From a bacterium (lineage in GTDB: Bacteria > SZUA-182 > DTGQ01 > JBLIRR01): a DNA stretch of 64,000 nt. The position numbers and the translations under genes were made by a program. The DNA lies in contig JBLIRR010000037.1 of assembly GCA_049472395.1 (NCBI GenBank), positions 20 through 64,019 on the forward strand, written 5' to 3'. Of this stretch, positions 59,456 through 64,000 are shown one piece after another; the stretch's first letter is position 1, and every line of letters starts with the position of its first letter. The notes below the pieces were generated by a model, which made no database searches, was not told the DNA's origin, and was given only the letters and a program-made list of their open reading frames with translations.

Positions 59456-62400
59456 TTATATACAGCCTTCCGTATCTCCTTTAATTTCATTACTAATTTT
59501 ATTTATAATATTTTTAATGTACTCTTTAAGATCTTCGAGTGTAAATTCACCAGTTTTCCAGGCATAACCTTCGCCTACTCTTACGTGCCCCTCTGCTCCT
59601 CCTCCAGCTGATAGACTACCTTGAATTCCCCAAGTTAATTTATCTTTACCAATAGATGTTATGAGATCTGCACCCCCCTTTCCTAAAATACCACCTGACC
59701 CTCCATGAGTCATATATAACCCCTTTAGCACTTCCCAATCACTAGTAAACATAATCCCTAATTCTCCGCCAACACCTCCACTCATTCCCATATGAGATCC
59801 AGTTTCACCAGCTACATAATATCCATGTTCAAGTTTGGGCCCTTTATCCCACGTTATATTTCCCCATTTGCCGCTTGAAACACTAAAACCCTGTCCTGCA
59901 CCCGCAGAACCTTGACCACCACCAAAAATAAGAAGTAACCCCCACGGGTCAATCAAATTCACCGGATTATTTCCAACATATACATAAAGGTTCATATCAC
60001 CGCCCGCAAATCCAAGTGGGTCTTGGGTCAGAAATCGCCCTATCTCTGGATCATAATATCGTGCTCTATAGTAATATAAGCCACTCTCAGAGTCAAATTC
60101 TCGGCCTGTATACGTATAGGGATTATTTAAAATGCCAGCCTGATTCACAATATTCCCAAAGGAATCATAGGTATATTCCTGTTGAATATTCCCGAGAGAG
60201 TCTGCAATTTGCGTAATACTTCCTAACCCATCGGAAAGATAATAATACGTAGTGCCTCCTATACGCACCTGTAGTGGCTCATCGATACCAGGGCCATGGG
60301 TATAATAGTTACCCATAGTGAAGGTAGAATCCAGCGTGTACAAAACATCCTCACTATCATAAATATAAGAGGTTTTAACACCATTAACCTCTTTACAAAT
60401 TCTTCTGCCCAGACCATCATAATAATAGAAAATTGTGCTGCTTGGTGTCGTAATCCCTGTAAGTTGATTTTCGGTGTTATAGGTATATGTGGTAACCTCA
60501 TCGTTAGACTTATTTATCTTTTGCGTAAGACAGCCATTGATATAGTGATAAGTAAAAAGGCCGTCATCTAAGAGTCTATTACCTACATCATAACTCCACT
60601 CAGATGAGCTGGAAGAAGAGAGACGATTGCCAATAGGATCATAGGTAAATGTTTCCGTGGAAATCTGAGGATGAGTTGCTTGGAGTAATTGATAGAGTTG
60701 GTCATACGCATAGTCATGATCACCATGTAAGTCAGAGAGTTTAGTACGATTTTGTAAGGCGTCATATAAATAGCTAAAATTGGATATTGTCGTTATATCT
60801 AAGTTATGATTTAAAGCGGTTAGATTTCCATTGAGATTATAGCTATAAAGGGAGGTTAAGTCATTCGGTAATGTTTTTGCTGTACGTTGATTTTTTTCAT
60901 CATATGCAAATGAATAAACCTGATTCGTTGATGTTGTGAGTGTGGATAAACTATTTCTAGTATCATAGGAATAATTGATTGCGTCGCCTAAGGGATCTGT
61001 CATACTTATCCTGTTTCCATTTGCATCATACGTGTAAGAAATCGTTGTATCCGGTTGGTAAACGGTAGCGCCGGTATATGCAGTAATTAATCGATTATTA
61101 TTGTCATAATCAAAGGAGAGATGAGAATATGGATTTGTAATGGTGGTGATATTACCAATTAAGTCGTGATTATAGGTAGTTATTTCTCCATTAGAGAAAG
61201 TTTTTCTCATGAGACGATCAAGACTGTCATACTCGTAAATTATTTCATCTCCATTATAAAGCGTTTTTTTGATTAGGTTTCCAACATTATCATAAGAATA
61301 GAGCTCTTGTTCATTTGAGGGATTAGTTATAGAGAGATTTCGATCTATACTGTCATAGCTAAAATAAGTAGTATATCCTTTAGCATTGGTTAATGAGATG
61401 AGATTACCCTTCTCATCATATCCGACTGCGGTTTCTCCATTCTGGGGATCTATGATTTTAACCTGTTGGTTATTTAAATCATACTCATAATACATGATAT
61501 TTCCTAAGGAATCGGTCATGGAAGAAAGATTGCCCATGGCATCATATGTATAGGTAGTCTGGTTGCCAAGCGGATCTGTTTTTGTAATAAGTCGATTTAG
61601 AGTATCATAAGTATAATAGGTGATTGCGTCTTTTTCGTCGGTTTTGGCTAAAATATTGCCATTGTGATCATACGTATAATTACTTTCATGCCCCAAAGGA
61701 TCAATCGTTTTAATGAGCCGGTTTTTATCGTCATAATGATACTCAGTGCTATTTCCATTCGCATCGGTCATTGATCTACGATTTCCTACAGCGTCATATG
61801 TATACCTGATATGCCCTCCCACCGGATCAGTGATATCCCTTAGATTATTCATAGTATCATAGTCATATAATGTAGTATTTCCCAATGCATCGGTAAACGA
61901 AATCATATTTCCCGCAGCATCGTACGTATAGGTACTTATATTACCCAAAGCGCCTGTATGTTTAATCATATTCCCATAGGAGTCATATTCATACGTTGTG
62001 GTCGCGCCATTTGCATTGGTGATAGTATGGATGAGCCCATCACTATAATAGGTCATGGTTGTTGTATTACCCAAGGGATCTGTAATTGAAATAAGATTTC
62101 CATTTGCATCATAGCCAAACGTCCTGACCCTGCCTAATGTATCAGTTATAGTCTTTACTTTGTTGTATGTGCTCTCATACGTATAGGTGTTGGTATTGCC
62201 CAGTGCATCCGTTAATGAGATAAGATTACCCATGTCATCATATTCTTTTTGTATTGTAGCGCCATTTGGATTATGAATAGTGGCAATGTTACCTGATTCA
62301 ATATCACGTTCATAGGTAGTTATGTTGCCCAACGCATCGATTTTGGAGGTTAAACGACCATATTTATCCGTTTTCATTACGGTAACATTGCCTTCAGGAT

Positions 62401-64000
62401 CTGTATGGATATCATCTTGAGGAGGCAGCCCGGGGCTTGGATTATCATAGGTTCCTTCGCCTTCAATAAGGTCGTTGATAAGCCCATATCTATTGGAAGG
62501 AGAATAGTTATTGGTGCTTTCATCCGGACCCTCAACTCTCTCTATCATTCCATGAGTATCGTAATAATAATGCGTAGATCGAGAAAGGGGATCAGTTTTG
62601 GATGTCAACAAATGCAATGCATCATAGGTAAAACTCGTCGTTGATCCATCCGGCGCAATGATACTCGTTAAATTATTATCACTATCATGAATAAACTGGG
62701 TGGTTCGTCCCGCAGGGTCGGTTATAGAGGAAAGAGTATTATCGTCAAAGGTAAATGTTGTACTAAGGTCAACAGGATCTGTGATTCTTGTAAGCCTATC
62801 GCTTGCATCATAGAAATAATTTGTGATTTGTCCATTAGTATCTTCCTTGGACGTCTCTAATCCTTGAGCATTAAAACGATACGTAGTGCCATCCTTCATG
62901 ATACGCGTGTATGAACCATCTTCATTACGAGAAAGGGTGGAATAATCTCCTTCCGGTGATATAAGGCCTGTATTTGTATTTGCATTTGTGCTCTGCTTTA
63001 CTACTCGTATACGCTTATTGTCCTTATCAGCAATATAAATATTTCCGGCTTCATCCACCGCCACTCTCACGGGACTAGCTAATTCGGCAAGTATGGCAGG
63101 ACCGCCATCGCCGGAATATCCATAATTCCCATTTCCCGCTATCGTTGAGATTATACCGCTCGGATCTATCCGCCGGATACAGTTATTTTCTCGATCCGCA
63201 ATATAAATATTCCCCACATTATCTACTGCTATTCCATAAGGCTTGCGAAACGAAGCTTCTACTGCAGGGCCGCCATCGCCGGAATATCCATACTTATCAG
63301 GATTGCCGGCTATCGTTGTTATGATACCAGATGGATCTATACGCCGGATACAATTATTACAGGTATCAGCAATATAAATATTTCCGGCATTATCCACTGC
63401 TACATCTTTGGGAGCAGCTAACTCTGCATATACAGCAGAGCCATCATCACCTGAATAGCCCGGACCATTGCCAGCAATGGTTGATATAATACCACTTGGA
63501 TCTATACGCCGGATACAGTGATTAAGGGTATCAGCAATATAAATATTTCCGGCATTATCTACTGCTATTCCATAGGGGCGGTCTAACAAAGCTTGTGTTG
63601 CAAGGCCACCATCACCTGAATAGCCTGAATGGCCCCATAAATCAAAAATACCCGCTATGATGGTGATAGTGCCGCCTGGACTTATACGCCGGATACACTC
63701 ATTGAGGGTATCAGCAATATAAATATTTCCGGCATTATCTACTGCAACGTCCGATGGTTGCCATAAATCAACTTCGAGTCCAACGGCCTCTTCCCCAAAA
63801 CAGGGTCTCACAAAAGAACCCGCTATTGTGGTGATACCACCGCTTGATTCTATTCGCCGGATACGATCATCACGGCCACCATCAGCAATATAAATATTCC
63901 CATGCGCATCTGCGGCAACTCCAGTGATAGTATTTAATGCAACTTCCGAAGCAACGCCATCATCTCGCCCTTCTCCTCCACCAGCCAGGGTTTCTATCAT
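59456..64000 (-). CDS. Giant RHS/YD-repeat polymorphic toxin with N-terminal NHL-repeat beta-propeller and Gly-rich C-terminal tip (3' end of gene; N-terminus beyond window)
   Basis: Six NHL repeats (GNIYIAD...NxCIRRIDPSGIISTIAGNG). Dozens of YD repeats (YxYDxxGNL). The RHS core terminus YYYRARYYDPEIGRFLTQDPLGFAGGDMNLYVYVGNNPVNLIDPWGL is followed by about 175 aa of Gly-rich sequence. Confidence 0.85.
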   Translation of the reverse strand: MIETLAGGGEGRDDGVASEVALNTITGVAADAHGNIYIADGGRDDRIRRIESSGGITTIAGSFVRPCFGEEAVGLEVDLWQPSDVAVDNAGNIYIADTLNECIRRISPGGTITIIAGIFDLWGHSGYSGDGGLATQALLDRPYGIAVDNAGNIYIADTLNHCIRRIDPSGIISTIAGNGPGYSGDDGSAVYAELAAPKDVAVDNAGNIYIADTCNNCIRRIDPSGIITTIAGNPDKYGYSGDGGPAVEASFRKPYGIAVDNVGNIYIADRENNCIRRIDPSGIISTIAGNGNYGYSGDGGPAILAELASPVRVAVDEAGNIYIADKDNKRIRVVKQSTNANTNTGLISPEGDYSTLSRNEDGSYTRIMKDGTTYRFNAQGLETSKEDTNGQITNYFYDASDRLTRITDPVDLSTTFTFDDNTLSSITDPAGRTTQFIHDSDNNLTSIIAPDGSTTSFTYDALHLLTSKTDPLSRSTHYYYDTHGMIERVEGPDESTNNYSPSNRYGLINDLIEGEGTYDNPSPGLPPQDDIHTDPEGNVTVMKTDKYGRLTSKIDALGNITTYERDIESGNIATIHNPNGATIQKEYDDMGNLISLTDALGNTNTYTYESTYNKVKTITDTLGRVRTFGYDANGNLISITDPLGNTTTMTYYSDGLIHTITNANGATTTYEYDSYGNMIKHTGALGNISTYTYDAAGNMISFTDALGNTTLYDYDTMNNLRDITDPVGGHIRYTYDAVGNRRSMTDANGNSTEYHYDDKNRLIKTIDPLGHESNYTYDHNGNILAKTDEKDAITYYTYDTLNRLITKTDPLGNQTTYTYDAMGNLSSMTDSLGNIMYYEYDLNNQQVKIIDPQNGETAVGYDEKGNLISLTNAKGYTTYFSYDSIDRNLSITNPSNEQELYSYDNVGNLIKKTLYNGDEIIYEYDSLDRLMRKTFSNGEITTYNHDLIGNITTITNPYSHLSFDYDNNNRLITAYTGATVYQPDTTISYTYDANGNRISMTDPLGDAINYSYDTRNSLSTLTTSTNQVYSFAYDEKNQRTAKTLPNDLTSLYSYNLNGNLTALNHNLDITTISNFSYLYDALQNRTKLSDLHGDHDYAYDQLYQLLQATHPQISTETFTYDPIGNRLSSSSSSEWSYDVGNRLLDDGLFTYHYINGCLTQKINKSNDEVTTYTYNTENQLTGITTPSSTIFYYYDGLGRRICKEVNGVKTSYIYDSEDVLYTLDSTFTMGNYYTHGPGIDEPLQVRIGGTTYYYLSDGLGSITQIADSLGNIQQEYTYDSFGNIVNQAGILNNPYTYTGREFDSESGLYYYRARYYDPEIGRFLTQDPLGFAGGDMNLYVYVGNNPVNLIDPWGLLLIFGGGQGSAGAGQGFSVSSGKWGNITWDKGPKLEHGYYVAGETGSHMGMSGGVGGELGIMFTSDWEVLKGLYMTHGGSGGILGKGGADLITSIGKDKLTWGIQGSLSAGGGAEGHVRVGEGYAWKTGEFTLEDLKEYIKNIINKISNEIKGDTEGCI

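Overview
Low-GC (about 38-40%) bacterial chromosomal segment, evidently from a diderm organism given the outer-membrane barrels, TonB-dependent receptor, Exb/Tol motor and lipoproteins. No rRNA or tRNA genes were recognised.

Main content, in window order:
- 1-988 (-): 5' part of a leucine-rich-repeat lipoprotein gene, running off the window start.
- 1299-2231 (+): an outer-membrane beta-barrel protein.
- 2252-2545 (-): a previously unreported candidate selenoprotein of the CMD/AhpD family, with an in-frame TGA at a conserved Cys position and a SECIS-like hairpin.
- 2656-3924 (-): an M48/Ste24-type zinc protease.
- 4279-19263 (+): a long co-directional cluster encoding ExbB, two ExbD paralogs, an unusual FHA-domain/TonB-C-like transducer, an outer-membrane barrel, three TPR proteins (489, about 1140 and 988 aa) and a beta-rich lipoprotein. 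This resembles the conserved core of the myxobacterial Agl/Glt-type envelope motor.
- 19520-24806: an AT-rich block encoding two alkaline-phosphatase-superfamily membrane proteins and a SAM methyltransferase.
- 25318-27340 (-): a secreted S1 serine protease with an adjacent stand-alone copy of its own N-terminal domain.
- 28728-36124: an OMP, a secreted hypothetical, a P2-type cation ATPase and a secreted VIT-vWA protein.
- 36789-40424 (-): a decayed stretch holding a frameshifted M6-like pseudo-protease, a frameshifted CcdA-like gene and a gutted metallophosphoesterase. A TlpA-like redoxin gene follows at 40459-40974.
- 44731-51651: a cobalamin operon (btuB-cobT-cobQ-cobS-cobU) on the minus strand behind a B12 riboswitch with a terminator-type expression platform, plus a divergent cobC.
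- 52232-54196 (+): a sigma-54 activator whose AAA+ and HTH parts are separated by one in-frame TAG.
- 55300-59450: a strongly AT-rich island with a dinJ-yafQ toxin-antitoxin pair and hypotheticals. It is bracketed by two diverged copies of a CRISPR-repeat-like palindrome.
- 59456-64000 (-): the 3' end of a giant NHL/YD-repeat RHS polymorphic toxin with a Gly-rich C-terminal tip and a small 2-TM immunity candidate downstream.

The window also carries several short duplicated sequence elements and gene remnants.
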